Shown piece after piece: positions 19,981 to 30,455 of a stretch of 64,000 bases of DNA. This DNA is from Pseudomonadota bacterium. GTDB taxonomy: Bacteria > Chloroflexota > UBA5177 > JAJPKF01. The first letter of the stretch is position 1, and each line of letters opens with the position of its first letter. The DNA lies in NCBI GenBank assembly GCA_021323865.1, contig JAJPKF010000019.1, forward strand, positions 130,747-194,746, read 5' to 3'. The position numbers and the translations under genes are program-made. The notes under the pieces were generated by a model, which saw only the letters and a program-made list of their open reading frames with translations, did no database searches and was not told the DNA's origin.

Positions 19981-20756
19981 CAGTGCGTCCCCGACTGTCC
20001 TGGTGGGGCGTGGTGAGGACGACCGCCTCCGACCGGCCGGTATCCGCCGGATCGGGCCCCAGGGGGCGGTTCCCATTCGTAGCGCTGCTCGTCTTTCTCC
20101 CAGGGCTCCGCCTTGCCGTTCTCGAGGCGCACATATCCCCGCGGGTACGCGGGACCGCCAAAGCCGATCTCGTCCCACGACCAGGGGTGTGCATAGTAGG
20201 CGGCCGCGATGTCCTGGACCAGCAGCAGCCAGAAGCGATCTACGGGCATGCGCTTCCAGATGTTGCCGCCGGCGGGGGGATGGGCGTCGTGGATTGTCTC
20301 CAGGACCTCCTCCTGCTGGGCCATTTCCAATTCTGTGAACCGCTTGGCATGCAGATGAACACTGATCTCGTCGATCGCCTGGATCCCCAATCGAAAGGCA
20401 TCGCCGTCGGCCGGCATGTCTTCGTATCGGTACCCGTCAGACATTCCGGAGTAGAGCCGATTGTCGAGATAGTTCAGGACGGGAATGCGACGCTCGGGGT
20501 CGCGATCATCCTGGGGGAGGATCCGGTTGCAAATCGCCTGCATGGTCGCTGCTTCCCCACCGTCAAAGAACCGGATAGCCGGCACCTGCTCCACGCGATC
20601 CATCACCGTCTGTCGCGTCGCGGCGTCCCAGAAGGCTCGCTGATCGAGTGTGCTGAAGCCGGGATAGTACCCTGGTTGTCGGCGTGGGTCCAAGGGACTT
20701 CCGCTTTGCGGATCCACGGGAAGGAGATGGTCTGCCGCCGGGTTCTGCGACGTCAC
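19980..20756 (-). CDS. gluconate 2-dehydrogenase subunit 3 family protein (small subunit of GMC dehydrogenase complex)
   Basis: 258 aa; family-typical position immediately upstream of GMC flavoprotein with translational coupling; sequence features consistent with PF13618. Confidence 0.6.
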   Translation of the reverse strand: MTSQNPAADHLLPVDPQSGSPLDPRRQPGYYPGFSTLDQRAFWDAATRQTVMDRVEQVPAIRFFDGGEAATMQAICNRILPQDDRDPERRIPVLNYLDNRLYSGMSDGYRYEDMPADGDAFRLGIQAIDEISVHLHAKRFTELEMAQQEEVLETIHDAHPPAGGNIWKRMPVDRFWLLLVQDIAAAYYAHPWSWDEIGFGGPAYPRGYVRLENGKAEPWEKDEQRYEWEPPPGARSGGYRPVGGGRPHHAPPGQSGTH

Positions 20757-21751
20757 GTGTGCGCCGGTCGCCGAAGTAGCGCGGCCAGCAGCCCAAGGAA
20801 CCCGCTCGCGGAGAGTAGCATCGGTGCGAACAAGGGAGGGCCATAGATGAGGTTGTAGAGCGGCAAACGGAGGCCTCCAGGCTTCCTCAAGACACCCCGA
20901 GCATGGAAGAAGGTACCCATGGCTCCGTCACTGAGAGCTAGGGCTGAGATCACTGGCAGGAGGGTCGTGGCCAGCCTTCGACTCCAGATTGATCCGATGC
21001 CCGTGAGCGTCAGCAGCGGCGCGATCAGGAGAGGACTTGATTGGAGCCAGCGATATTGGAAGCCGTTCTGATAGTGCGAGTACGCGGCTTCGCAGCCGCT
21101 GAAGAAGGCGGAGATTCCGGCTACGGCGGCAATGTTGCGCTGGAAGCGGCCCTCGCGAACGTGATGCTCGAAGATGAGCCCTTCACGTGTGAGACGGGGC
21201 AACGCCGCTCGGAGGCCTCGGCCCTGGCGGAGACCGATGTCGGGAACCCGATCGGCAATCGGTTCGAGAGCCGCTGGGTCATTTTCGCGTCTCAGGAATG
21301 AGGCAATGAGCCCCAGGTACCCACTCAGCCCGAACAGGAGTGGCGCAAAGACGGGCGGCCCCATGATCATGTTGTTGACCGGTACCCGCCAGCCGCCAGG
21401 CTTGCGGGCGATGCCGCGCACATGGAAGATGAAGCCGACGACGCCATCCACCAGCACGAGCAGCGAGATCAATGGCAGTAATCGCCGCGCGATCAGTCGG
21501 TTGAATGCCGCCGCGACGCCGGTGGCCGTGAGGCCGGCGCTCAGGATGATGGGCGTATACATGATCTGCTGGCCATAGCTGCCGCGGTAATGCTCGTAGG
21601 CGACCTCTCCGCCGCTCATGAGGCTGGCCAGTGCGGCAACCACTGCGAGGCTTCGCTGAAATCGTCCCTCACGGATATGCTGCGTGATCAGCGTTTCTTC
21701 GTGGAGCGCTTGCCTGAGGAGGCGTCGACGCTGGGCAGCCCGGCTAGCCAA
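20753..21751 (-). CDS. hypothetical polytopic membrane protein with internal tandem duplication
   Basis: 332 aa; two ~160-aa repeats each starting '(Q/E)H(I/V)REGRFQR(S/N)…AAVAG…' and ending 'RKPGG(W/L)R(V/L)P…GPP(V/L)FAP(L/M)L…'; 4-nt overlap with downstream gene. Confidence 0.5.
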   Translation of the reverse strand: MASRAAQRRRLLRQALHEETLITQHIREGRFQRSLAVVAALASLMSGGEVAYEHYRGSYGQQIMYTPIILSAGLTATGVAAAFNRLIARRLLPLISLLVLVDGVVGFIFHVRGIARKPGGWRVPVNNMIMGPPVFAPLLFGLSGYLGLIASFLRRENDPAALEPIADRVPDIGLRQGRGLRAALPRLTREGLIFEHHVREGRFQRNIAAVAGISAFFSGCEAAYSHYQNGFQYRWLQSSPLLIAPLLTLTGIGSIWSRRLATTLLPVISALALSDGAMGTFFHARGVLRKPGGLRLPLYNLIYGPPLFAPMLLSASGFLGLLAALLRRPAHT

Positions 21752-23543
21752 TCAGCTCGTCCACCTTGTCCCGGAAGATGGTGAGCGCGATGCGCCCGCC
21801 CTCCGGCTGGCCGCGCAACAGGGCCTTGGCGAACTTGCGCGCCTGCTCGGCCTTGATCTTGGGGGGCATGGGCGGCTCATTGGGGTCGACCACTGCTTCG
21901 AGAACTGCCGGGCCCGGCGTGGCCAGAAACTGCTGCATGACCTGGTCCATCTGTCGCGGATCGTCCACGCAGAATCCTTGAGCGCCTGCCGCCCGCGCCC
22001 AGGCGGCGAAATCGGCCGGTTGGAGCTCTACGCCGTACTCGGGGTTCCCCAGGAACACGATCTGCTCCCACTTGATCTGCCCGAGTGTATTGTTCTTGAC
22101 GATCACGACTTTGATGGGTAGCTGGTGCTTCACCGCGGTCAGGATCTCGCCCATCAGCATGGTGAAGCCGCCATCGCCCACGAAGGCAACCACCTGTCGG
22201 TTTGGGAATGCTGCCTGTGCGCCGATGGCATAGGGCAGACCCGGAGCCATGGTGGCGAGGTTGCCCGAACAGGAGAACATCTGACCTGCCTTGAGCCGAA
22301 AGTTGCGTGCGATCCAGGTGGTGTTGGTACCGCTGTCGCCGGTGATGATGGCGTCGGGCGCCGCGTGGCGGCTCAATGCGCCCGCGACCACCTGGGGTTT
22401 CATGGGAAGATCCATCCGGTCCGCTTCTTCGTCCATCTGGCGGTTCCAGTCGCGCACGCCCTCCTGGGCGCGCTCCAAGAAGGAGCGGTCCGTCTTCCGT
22501 TGCAGCAATGGGATCAGGGCGGCCAGCGTCGCCTTGGCATCTCCCACCAGTCCGATGTCGATGGGGAATCTGAGCCCAAGCCGTGTCTCGTCGATGTCGA
22601 CCTGGACCGCCTTGGCCTGACCAGGTTTCGGCAGGTAGTTGGCATATGGGAAGGAGGTGCCCACCATGAGCAGCGTGTCACATTGCTCAAGCGCTTCCTG
22701 ACTCGGCAGCGTCCCCAGGAGCCCGATGCCGCCTGCGCTGTACGGGCTGTCGTCGGGAATCGCCCCCTTCCCCAGCAGCGGTTTCACCACTGGCGCCGCC
22801 AGCAGCTCCGCGACCTGAGCCAGCTCGTTGCCCGCGGCAAGTGCGCCATGGCCCGCCAGGATCGCCACGCGCTGACCCTGATTCAGCAGCGCAGCGGCCT
22901 GATTCAAGCTGTTTGGGTTGGGAACCTGAGCCACGGACAGATGACCATCGCCGCTCGGATAGAACCCGGCCGGCGGTGCGTCGAGCTGTCCGGGCATCTT
23001 CACGGGTCCACCGGTGTGACGGTAGTCCCCGTCCTTGGCTTCGGCCACCTGATAGTCGATGGGGAAGGTGATGTGGGCCACTGTCCGCCGCGAGAGAGCC
23101 GTCCGGCAGGCGACGCTGGCAAGATTTCGGACATCCGTGGAGCCCTGTACCTGCTGGTTGAACGCCGCAACATCCTTGTACAGCGAAAGGAGATCCACCT
23201 CCTGCTGATAACTGGTGCCCAGAAGATCGCTGTATTGCTGCCCAGTCAAGGCCAGGACTGGCGCGCCGTCCATCTTGGCGTCATAGAGGCCGTTGAGGAG
23301 GTGGATTGCCCCGGGCCCGCTCGTGGCCAGACAGACGCCCAATCGACCACTGAACTTGGCATAGGCGCATGCGGCGAACGCGGCGGCCTCCTCGTGCCTG
23401 ACCTGGATGAATCGCACCTGCTCCTGGTGGACGCGAAGCGACTCCATCAGCCCGTTGATGCCGTCCCCGGGAAGGCCGAAGATGGTGTCGACATTCCATT
23501 CGATCAGGGTTTCGATGAGCGTATCGGAGGCGGTTTTGGCCAC
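21744..23543 (-). CDS. poxB: pyruvate dehydrogenase (quinone)/pyruvate oxidase, TPP- and FAD-dependent
   Basis: 599 aa; collinear with E. coli PoxB: N-term 'GLPGDGINGLMESL…VRHEEAAAFAA', TPP motif 'GDGGFTMLMGE', C-terminal membrane-binding 'PPKIKAEQARKFAKALL'. Confidence 0.85.
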   Translation of the reverse strand: MAKTASDTLIETLIEWNVDTIFGLPGDGINGLMESLRVHQEQVRFIQVRHEEAAAFAACAYAKFSGRLGVCLATSGPGAIHLLNGLYDAKMDGAPVLALTGQQYSDLLGTSYQQEVDLLSLYKDVAAFNQQVQGSTDVRNLASVACRTALSRRTVAHITFPIDYQVAEAKDGDYRHTGGPVKMPGQLDAPPAGFYPSGDGHLSVAQVPNPNSLNQAAALLNQGQRVAILAGHGALAAGNELAQVAELLAAPVVKPLLGKGAIPDDSPYSAGGIGLLGTLPSQEALEQCDTLLMVGTSFPYANYLPKPGQAKAVQVDIDETRLGLRFPIDIGLVGDAKATLAALIPLLQRKTDRSFLERAQEGVRDWNRQMDEEADRMDLPMKPQVVAGALSRHAAPDAIITGDSGTNTTWIARNFRLKAGQMFSCSGNLATMAPGLPYAIGAQAAFPNRQVVAFVGDGGFTMLMGEILTAVKHQLPIKVVIVKNNTLGQIKWEQIVFLGNPEYGVELQPADFAAWARAAGAQGFCVDDPRQMDQVMQQFLATPGPAVLEAVVDPNEPPMPPKIKAEQARKFAKALLRGQPEGGRIALTIFRDKVDELIG

Positions 23544-23642
23544 GGGTCACCTCAAAGTGTGGGATCGGGATGGTGGGATGCCGTCAGACGGCAAAGTTCA
23601 TGCCGCACTATGTCGAGGAGCGATATATTGTCGAGCGGGCCC

Positions 23643-24236
23643 TCACTCGAAGAGGCGTGCCTTGAGATGACTGGTGATTAAGTGGTTCAGAACGAGATGG
23701 GCGTCTTCCACATAGCCGTAATCGGTGCTGTTCACGACGACGCACAGATCGGACAGCTTGCGTACGGTACCGCCATCGCAGCCCAGCAAGCTGATGGTAG
23801 TGATGGCCATGCGGCGTGCGAGGGAAACCGCCTGCACGATGTTGGGCGAGTTTCCGCTCACGGAAATGGCGATGAGGATATCTCCCGCATTGGCGATGTT
23901 GCGGAGCTGCTCCGCAAAAACGTTGGCATAGCTGGTGTCATTGGCCCACGCGGTCATAAGCGCCACGTTGTCCGTGAGGGAGACCACCCGGAATCGCTTC
24001 GCCCACACATCACCCGTCCCGAGCATCACCGTCTTGGCCAGATCACACGCCATGTGTGAGGCGGTGCTGGCGCTTCCTCCGTTCCCCACCAGAAACACCT
24101 GGCTGCCGCGTGTGTATGCGGCTCGGAGACATTCGACGGCCGCATCGAGATCGCCCAGAGGCAGGCTCTCGAGGACTGACCGAAGTCCATGTATGTAGTC
24201 AAGGGCATCGACTCGGGAGGTGGGGGTTAAGGCCAC
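23643..24236 (-). CDS. gmhA: SIS-domain phosphoheptose isomerase paralog
   Basis: 'FLVGNGGSASTASHMACDLAK' SIS/GmhA signature; ORF extends to GTG 24293 but GTG 24236 gives typical length (197 aa) and 10-nt overlap with hddA stop. Confidence 0.65.
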   Translation of the reverse strand: MALTPTSRVDALDYIHGLRSVLESLPLGDLDAAVECLRAAYTRGSQVFLVGNGGSASTASHMACDLAKTVMLGTGDVWAKRFRVVSLTDNVALMTAWANDTSYANVFAEQLRNIANAGDILIAISVSGNSPNIVQAVSLARRMAITTISLLGCDGGTVRKLSDLCVVVNSTDYGYVEDAHLVLNHLITSHLKARLFE

Positions 24237-25228
24237 TGCTGGTGATCCTCCTCGACATAAATGATCTTGCTGCCCTGCGGTTCCAGGTGCCACGCGACCG
24301 GCCGTAGCTCTGGCAGCGCCGCAATCAGCCGTTCATGATGCTCCGGACAGGCCCACAGAAGGAGGAAGCCGCCACCGCCGGCGCCTAGTATCTTTCCCCC
24401 GACGGCTCCGTTCCGGCGGGCCCGCTCATACCAGTCGTCGATCCGGGGGTTGGTGATCCCGGCCGTCAGTCCCCGCTTCAACATCCAAGCCTCATGCAGG
24501 ATCTCCCCGAAACGGTCGATGTTGTCAACGGCGAGGCCGGCTCGGAGATCCCGCGCGAGTTGAACCATGGCGCGGGTCGCCTCGCGGGTCGGCCCTTCCC
24601 GGGCGGCCTCAGCGCTCTGCTGGCGCAGCAGGTCATTCGCCGATCTGGTCACACCCGTGTAGAGAAGCAGCAGGTGCTCTCGGAGACGCTGTTTGGTTTC
24701 GGTGCGGCAGATGATCGGGTCGACGTATACCGTGCCGTCCGGATTGAACTGCAGATACTGAAGACCGCCGTAGGCGGCAATGTATTGGTCCTGCCGTCCG
24801 ATGGGCTTGCCGCACCGTTCGATTTCGATGGTGCATGCTTCACGGGCCAGCCGCTCTGCGCCGGCATGTCGGCCCAAATGGGCATGAAGCGCATTGAGCA
24901 GGCCGACCGTGTAGGTACTCGAAGAGCCGAGGCCAGTCCCTTCGGAAGGAATGTCAGAGATGGAGGTGATCTCGATGCCCGCGTCGATGCCGGCCAGCCG
25001 CAAAGACTCGCGAATCAGCTCATTGCGCAGCTCGCCCACCGTTCGTACGATCTCCGTGACCGAATAACTGGCTCGGATGTTCCGGTCGAATTTGTGATTG
25101 ACCGTAATGTAGATGTACTTGTCGATCGAAGTCGAGACGACTCCGCCCGGCTCCTCTCGATAGAAGCTGGGTAGGTCGCTGCCCCCACCTGCGAAGCTGA
25201 TTCGCAACGGGCTGCGGGAGACGATCAT
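24227..25228 (-). CDS. hddA: D-glycero-alpha-D-manno-heptose 7-phosphate kinase (GHMP kinase)
   Basis: 333 aa; 'MIVSRSPLRISFAGGGSDLPSFY' N-terminus and GHMP motif 'SSDIPSEGTGLGSSS' match HddA of GDP-heptose pathway. Confidence 0.8.
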   Translation of the reverse strand: MIVSRSPLRISFAGGGSDLPSFYREEPGGVVSTSIDKYIYITVNHKFDRNIRASYSVTEIVRTVGELRNELIRESLRLAGIDAGIEITSISDIPSEGTGLGSSSTYTVGLLNALHAHLGRHAGAERLAREACTIEIERCGKPIGRQDQYIAAYGGLQYLQFNPDGTVYVDPIICRTETKQRLREHLLLLYTGVTRSANDLLRQQSAEAAREGPTREATRAMVQLARDLRAGLAVDNIDRFGEILHEAWMLKRGLTAGITNPRIDDWYERARRNGAVGGKILGAGGGGFLLLWACPEHHERLIAALPELRPVAWHLEPQGSKIIYVEEDHQQWP

Positions 25229-25405
25229 CGGGCCGGTTGCCCGGAGCCCGCTGCAATCGGGCCCATTGCCGGCTGGGGCTCGAATCCGCTCAGGTCGCGC
25301 CTACCGCGAGCGCTAGATATTCAGAAGCGGCGCGGATACAGCCGTGGTGCCCGTTCTCCCGAGCCATAGCTTCATCTTAGGGATCATCGCTCTTACGATC
25401 AGGGC

Positions 25406-26044
25406 ATGATCCCCTTACGAGAGGGCCTTATCCGGCTCGCCGTCGGCAAGAGTGGAGGCGGCCAGGCGCATGGAGTGCTTCGGATGTGGCCGCTCTGGGA
25501 ACGTTTCGCGCGAGTCCTCTGGCCGACGGTCGATGTGCCGTATTCGACGTACCGGCTGTTGTCGATCCACATCCATGAGTACAAGGGGTGGGCCTTCACC
25601 CTCGCCGACGGGGTCGAGATCCGTCGAGGCGACCTCGTCGCTGAGCTGCATTTCAACAATGCCAAGATGATGGAGGCGCTGGGTGATGCCAGCGGATCCC
25701 AGAAGTGGTTGAGCGCCCGGATGTTCCGAGACGGGCTCGAGGCACTTGCTCGGTGGATGGCAGGCCCCGCCTTTCATAGCGACGTCAAAGCTATATACGG
25801 CGTGACGATCCTGGCACGAAGCGCCCGGCGTCTCGGGTTTAGTGTTCGGCCTCGCAGATCGACTCTCGGAGCTCGGGTCGAAGGCATCTTCCTCGCCGGC
25901 CTACTGGCTATCTACACGGCCGAGGGAGCGGATCGTCTCGTGGGCACGACCCCGATCGAGCCGCCCGGGGAGATCTGGATGTCGCGTGCCGAGCTGATGT
26001 CTCGGTATGGTCCTCAAAAGCGCGGCGGCAGTCGGAGCCGATGA
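25406..26044 (+). CDS. hypothetical protein
   Basis: 212 aa ORF with coding-like composition; no motif recognised; start uncertain. Confidence 0.35.
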   Translation: MIPLREGLIRLAVGKSGGGQAHGVLRMWPLWERFARVLWPTVDVPYSTYRLLSIHIHEYKGWAFTLADGVEIRRGDLVAELHFNNAKMMEALGDASGSQKWLSARMFRDGLEALARWMAGPAFHSDVKAIYGVTILARSARRLGFSVRPRRSTLGARVEGIFLAGLLAIYTAEGADRLVGTTPIEPPGEIWMSRAELMSRYGPQKRGGSRSR

Positions 26045-26126
26045 GAGGAACGCTCAGACGACCCAAGCGGGCAAAAGAGAAGAGCGCCCACATCGTGGGC
26101 GCTCTCCGTTTCGTGCAGTGCTCGGG

Positions 26127-26336
26127 TTAGAGCGTGCGTACGTTCTCGGCGCGGGACTTGTTGGATCGGGGATCCCGGCCCTTGTCGTACTCGACGGCCT
26201 GGCCCTCCCGGAGATAGTCGAACCCACCGTTGGCGACCGAGCTGTGGTGGAAGAAGATGTCTTCCTGACCGTCCTCGGGCTTGATGAATCCGAATCCGCG
26301 ATCGGCGATGACGCGAGCGATAGTTCCTTGTGCCAT
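26127..26336 (-). CDS. cspA: cold-shock protein (CspA family)
   Basis: 69 aa; 'GTIARVIADRGFGFI' RNP1 and 'DIFFHHS' RNP2 motifs. Confidence 0.9.
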   Translation of the reverse strand: MAQGTIARVIADRGFGFIKPEDGQEDIFFHHSSVANGGFDYLREGQAVEYDKGRDPRSNKSRAENVRTL

Positions 26337-26675
26337 TCCGGCAACTCCTTAAGAAAAAACTTCAGAGACAGGCGTCCCTGAAGTGCAAGGAGCTACAAAC
26401 CTGGCGTCTGACACCTAAGTCTAGCAGGAATAGAGGGTGGGAGCAGAAAGCAATCAGGGGCCGCGAGTGAGTGTTTCACCTGGCACTTGCCCGCGAAGCG
26501 CCGGCTTCAGTCTCAGCGGGCCATCCGATCGGCTCGGTTGGGCTCCGTCATCGCGTCCGTCCGGTCCGAGATGAAACGTAATCTGCCCGCCCCCGACGCA
26601 GCGGTTGGTCAGGGACCCTGACATGTGATAAGTAAAGAAGATGCGGCCTTTCGGGGCCGCTTATCTTTATTCCAG

Positions 26676-27608
26676 ATGGAAGGTGGACGGCAAATCGTGT
26701 TCTCACTCTTTGGCAGCAAGGCTCACCTCAGCCTGACCGTTGACGGCTCCCAGTTTCTCCCCGGCGACGTGGTCAAGGCTCACCTCGAGGTGAAGATCGA
26801 CAAAGACATCGACGTTCGTGGCGCTACTATCAGTCTTGTTCGGGCCAACCGGTACCAGTATCGCTATACCAGCACCAACTCGGAGGGTGACGATACCACT
26901 GCCTCCCGATGGAAGACCGACGAGGTGCCGGCGGCTTCGCTTCCGATTGGTGAGCCGGGCAAATGGCCCAAGGGTGAGATCTCCCGAGACTTCGAGCTCG
27001 CCGTGCCGGCCGATGCCCTGGGCTCGAGCGCCGGACAGATTACCGGCATCTCTTGGTTGGTCCGAGCGCGGCTTGACATCTCTGGCCGCGATGCCTCAAC
27101 GGAGAGCCCGATTCGGGTGCTCGCTGTCAAACACCGATTTGCTTCCTGGGGCGATGGGGAAGTCTCTACCTCGGGCGTAGACGACTGCGCACTGGAGTTC
27201 ATCAATCTCTCCACCTCACTGCTCCGTCCAGGGGAGAGCATTCGAGGCGGGCTGCGTCTCACGCCTACGAAGAGCTTCAAGGCCGGGGAGATTCATGCCG
27301 AGCTTGCCCGGCTCGAGCGAGTGCCGCAGGGCGAAGGAAACCGCCGGCTCACGCCCTTGGTTACGGGCTCCCTGGGACGTGACGTTCAGCTGACAGCCGG
27401 CGAGCCGCAAGAGCTGGCGTTCGAGCTCACGCTGCCCGCCGATGCTTCTCCTACCTTTGCCGCTCCCCAGTCGAACCTGCACTGGCTGCTGCGTGGGGTG
27501 GTTCATCGGGGCATGCTACACCATGATCCGACTATCTCCAAGGAAGTCGTGGTATTCAACGCCGGTGCGGCAGAAGATGTCGGTGACAAGGAGAACCCGG
27601 CAGCCTGA
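26676..27608 (+). CDS. Spo0M-like / arrestin-fold protein
   Basis: ATG 26676; 'SLFGSKAHLSLTVDGSQFLPGDVVKAHLEVK' resembles Spo0M N-terminus; two internal repeats (…FELAVPADA… / …FELTLPADASP…). Confidence 0.5.
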   Translation: MEGGRQIVFSLFGSKAHLSLTVDGSQFLPGDVVKAHLEVKIDKDIDVRGATISLVRANRYQYRYTSTNSEGDDTTASRWKTDEVPAASLPIGEPGKWPKGEISRDFELAVPADALGSSAGQITGISWLVRARLDISGRDASTESPIRVLAVKHRFASWGDGEVSTSGVDDCALEFINLSTSLLRPGESIRGGLRLTPTKSFKAGEIHAELARLERVPQGEGNRRLTPLVTGSLGRDVQLTAGEPQELAFELTLPADASPTFAAPQSNLHWLLRGVVHRGMLHHDPTISKEVVVFNAGAAEDVGDKENPAA

Positions 27609-27818
27609 TCCGGGCCACCTCACTGAATCTCCTCTGAGTGGCCGGCTTCGGTGGGTTCGACGTCACCTGCTTCGACTGGTGATCAGGGCGAGCCGGTTTG
27701 CAGCGGCCGGCTCGCTCAATGTCTTCCACCGAGGGCCAGGCAAGTCGACCGATCGTCTCCTCTCGGTTCCGTTAAACCGATCTGGGTATTCGGGCGAAGC
27801 CCGGCCTGCTTCGAATGG

Positions 27819-30455
27819 CTAGCCGGCCGCCGCCCCTGCCAGTTCTCGTTCGGGCTCTGTTTCCTCGGGCCGGCGGAACACCAGATGACCCCCGTCGTTG
27901 TCGACCAGCACGGTATCGCCTTCCTTGAAGCGTCCTTGGAGAACCTCCATGGCCAGGGGATCGAGGAGGCGTCGTTGAATGGTCCGCTTCAAGGGCCGTG
28001 CGCCGTACACGACGTCGTAGCCCTCGTTGGCGATCAGCTCTCGGGCAGGCTCTGTGAGCTCGATGTGCAGCTTGCGGTCTCCCAGTCGCCGTTCCAGTCC
28101 GGTCAGCATGATGTCCACGATGTTCTCGATCTGCTGTCGTGTCAGCGATCGGAAGATGATGATCTCGTCGATTCTGTTGAGGAACTCAGGCCGAAACTCG
28201 GACTGCACGACGTCCATCACGCGCCGCCGCATCTCGTCGTAGAGGCGATCTCCTGCCAGCTCCTGGATGATGTGTGATCCCAGGTTGCTGGTCGTGATGA
28301 TGACGGTGTTCTTGAAGTCGACGGTTCGCCCATGGCTGTCCGTGAGCCGGCCGTCGTCGAGGATCTGCAGCAGCACATTGAATACGTCGCCGTGGGCCTT
28401 CTCGATCTCGTCCAGGAGGATAACCGAGTAGGGCCGCCGCCGGACTGCTTCCGTGAGCTGTCCCCCTTCTTCATAGCCGACGTAGCCGGGTGGCGCCCCG
28501 ATCAGACGCGCGACCGTATGCTTCTCCATGTACTCAGACATGTCGATGCGGATCATGGCGCTCTCGTCATCGAAGAGAAACTCCGCCAGCGCACGGGCAA
28601 GCTCCGTCTTTCCGACGCCGGTTGGGCCGAGGAAGAGAAAGCTTCCCAGCGGCCGATTGGGGTCCTGCAGGCCGGCGCGAGCACGCCGGACGGCATTGGC
28701 TACCGCTTCGATGGCTTCATCCTGGCCCACGACCCGGGCATGCAGGCGCTCCTCCATGTGGATGAGCTTCTGGATTTCGCCCTCCATGAGGCGGCTTACC
28801 GGTATGCCGGTCCACTTTCCAACCACCTCGGCAACGTCTTCCTCGCCAACCTCCTCCTTGAGGAAGGTGTGCTCAGATTGCAGCCTGGCCATATTGCCCT
28901 CGGCTTCCTCCAACTGACTGGTGAGCTCCGTCATCCGGCCATAGCGCAGCTCGGCGGCGCGAGCGAGATCGGTCTGGCGCTCGGCCCGCTCGATGTCGAG
29001 CTTGGTTTCCTCGATCTGCTCCTTGATCTCACGAATACGGGAGATCGCATCCTTCTCCGTTCGCCAGTGCGCCTTCATTTCGTCGGATTCGGAGCGGAGA
29101 TTTGCGATCTCGTCCTCGATACCCGCCAGCCGCTCCTTGGCCGACTGGGCGGTCTCCTTCTTCAACGCCTCCCGCTCGATTTCCAGCTGCATGATGCGAC
29201 GATCGATCTCGTCGATCTCCGTGGGCATGGAGTCGATCTCCATGCGCAAGCGGGACGCGGCCTCGTCGATCAGGTCGATGGCCTTGTCCGGGAGAAAGCG
29301 GTCGGTGATATAGCGCTCGGAGAGAACTGCCGCGGCGACGATAGCAGCGTCTGTAATGCGAACGCCATGATGGACTTCATACCGCTGCTTCAGGCCCCGA
29401 AGAATGGTGATGGTGTCCTGAACGGTGGGCTCGGGAACGACGATGGGCTGAAAGCGCCGTTCGAGAGCGGCATCCTTCTCGATGTGCTTACGGTACTCAT
29501 CGAGAGTGGTGGCTCCGATGGCCCGCAGCTCTCCGCGGGCCAGCATGGGCTTCAGGAGGTTCCCCGCATCCATGGCGCCCTCGGCAGCGCCGGCCCCGAC
29601 GATGGTATGCAGCTCGTCGATAAAGAGAATGATGGCGCCCTCCGCCCCCTGTACCTCCTTCAGGACCGCTTTGAGACGCTCCTCAAACTCACCTCGGTAC
29701 TTCGCGCCCGCCACCATCGCGCCCAGATCGAGCTGGATCACTCGCTTGTCTTTGAGTCCCTCGGGTACGTCCTCATTGACGATCCGCTGCGCGAGGCCCT
29801 CCACGATGGCCGTCTTGCCAACTCCCGGCTCTCCAATGAGAACCGGATTGTTCTTGGTCCGACGGGAAAGCACTTGAATGGTGCGCCGGATCTCCTCGTC
29901 CCGGCCGATGACCGGATCCAGCTTGCCCTTCCGCGCCTGATCGGTCAGGTCGCGGCCGAAGCGCTCCAGCGCTTCATAGGTGGCCTCGGGGTTCTGGCTG
30001 GTTACACGCTGGCCGCCCCGGATCTCTGAGAGCGCTTGAAGGATTGCTTCCTCGGTGACGCCATGCCGGCGAAGCAGCGGTCCCACGCCGGCCTTGTTCT
30101 TGCCCGAAGCGAAGGCCAGCAGGAGGTGCTCTACCGATACGTAGTCGTCGCGCATCTGCGAGGCGCGGTCCTGGGCCTCCTGGAGTATCTCGGCCACGTC
30201 GCGAGAGAAGCCCGGTTGCACATTCGAACCGTGGGCGGCAGGAAGCCCCATGACCTCGCGCTGAGTTTCCTGAATGAGCTGCTGAGGGTCTGCGCCGAGT
30301 CGACGGGCGATCGACGAAGTCACCCCGCCCTCCTGCTGCAGCAGCGCAAGCAGGATGTGGGGTTGCTGCACTTCAGTGTTGTGGTGCCGAAGTGCCAAGG
30401 CCTGGGCCTCGACCAAGGCCTCTTGGGTACGTTCTGTATATCGATTGATATTCAT
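27819..30455 (-). CDS. clpB: ATP-dependent chaperone ClpB
   Basis: 878 aa; two AAA+ modules ([16 protein letters not shown]), long M-domain coiled coil, Clp N-domain. Confidence 0.95.
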   Translation of the reverse strand: MNINRYTERTQEALVEAQALALRHHNTEVQQPHILLALLQQEGGVTSSIARRLGADPQQLIQETQREVMGLPAAHGSNVQPGFSRDVAEILQEAQDRASQMRDDYVSVEHLLLAFASGKNKAGVGPLLRRHGVTEEAILQALSEIRGGQRVTSQNPEATYEALERFGRDLTDQARKGKLDPVIGRDEEIRRTIQVLSRRTKNNPVLIGEPGVGKTAIVEGLAQRIVNEDVPEGLKDKRVIQLDLGAMVAGAKYRGEFEERLKAVLKEVQGAEGAIILFIDELHTIVGAGAAEGAMDAGNLLKPMLARGELRAIGATTLDEYRKHIEKDAALERRFQPIVVPEPTVQDTITILRGLKQRYEVHHGVRITDAAIVAAAVLSERYITDRFLPDKAIDLIDEAASRLRMEIDSMPTEIDEIDRRIMQLEIEREALKKETAQSAKERLAGIEDEIANLRSESDEMKAHWRTEKDAISRIREIKEQIEETKLDIERAERQTDLARAAELRYGRMTELTSQLEEAEGNMARLQSEHTFLKEEVGEEDVAEVVGKWTGIPVSRLMEGEIQKLIHMEERLHARVVGQDEAIEAVANAVRRARAGLQDPNRPLGSFLFLGPTGVGKTELARALAEFLFDDESAMIRIDMSEYMEKHTVARLIGAPPGYVGYEEGGQLTEAVRRRPYSVILLDEIEKAHGDVFNVLLQILDDGRLTDSHGRTVDFKNTVIITTSNLGSHIIQELAGDRLYDEMRRRVMDVVQSEFRPEFLNRIDEIIIFRSLTRQQIENIVDIMLTGLERRLGDRKLHIELTEPARELIANEGYDVVYGARPLKRTIQRRLLDPLAMEVLQGRFKEGDTVLVDNDGGHLVFRRPEETEPERELAGAAAG

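Noticed and set aside
22125-23681. 518-aa plus-strand ORF across poxB
   Set aside because: It is antisense to a PoxB homolog that is collinear with E. coli PoxB over its full length. A high-GC shadow ORF.
28332-30029. 565-aa plus-strand ORF across clpB
   Set aside because: Antisense to clpB; no motifs.
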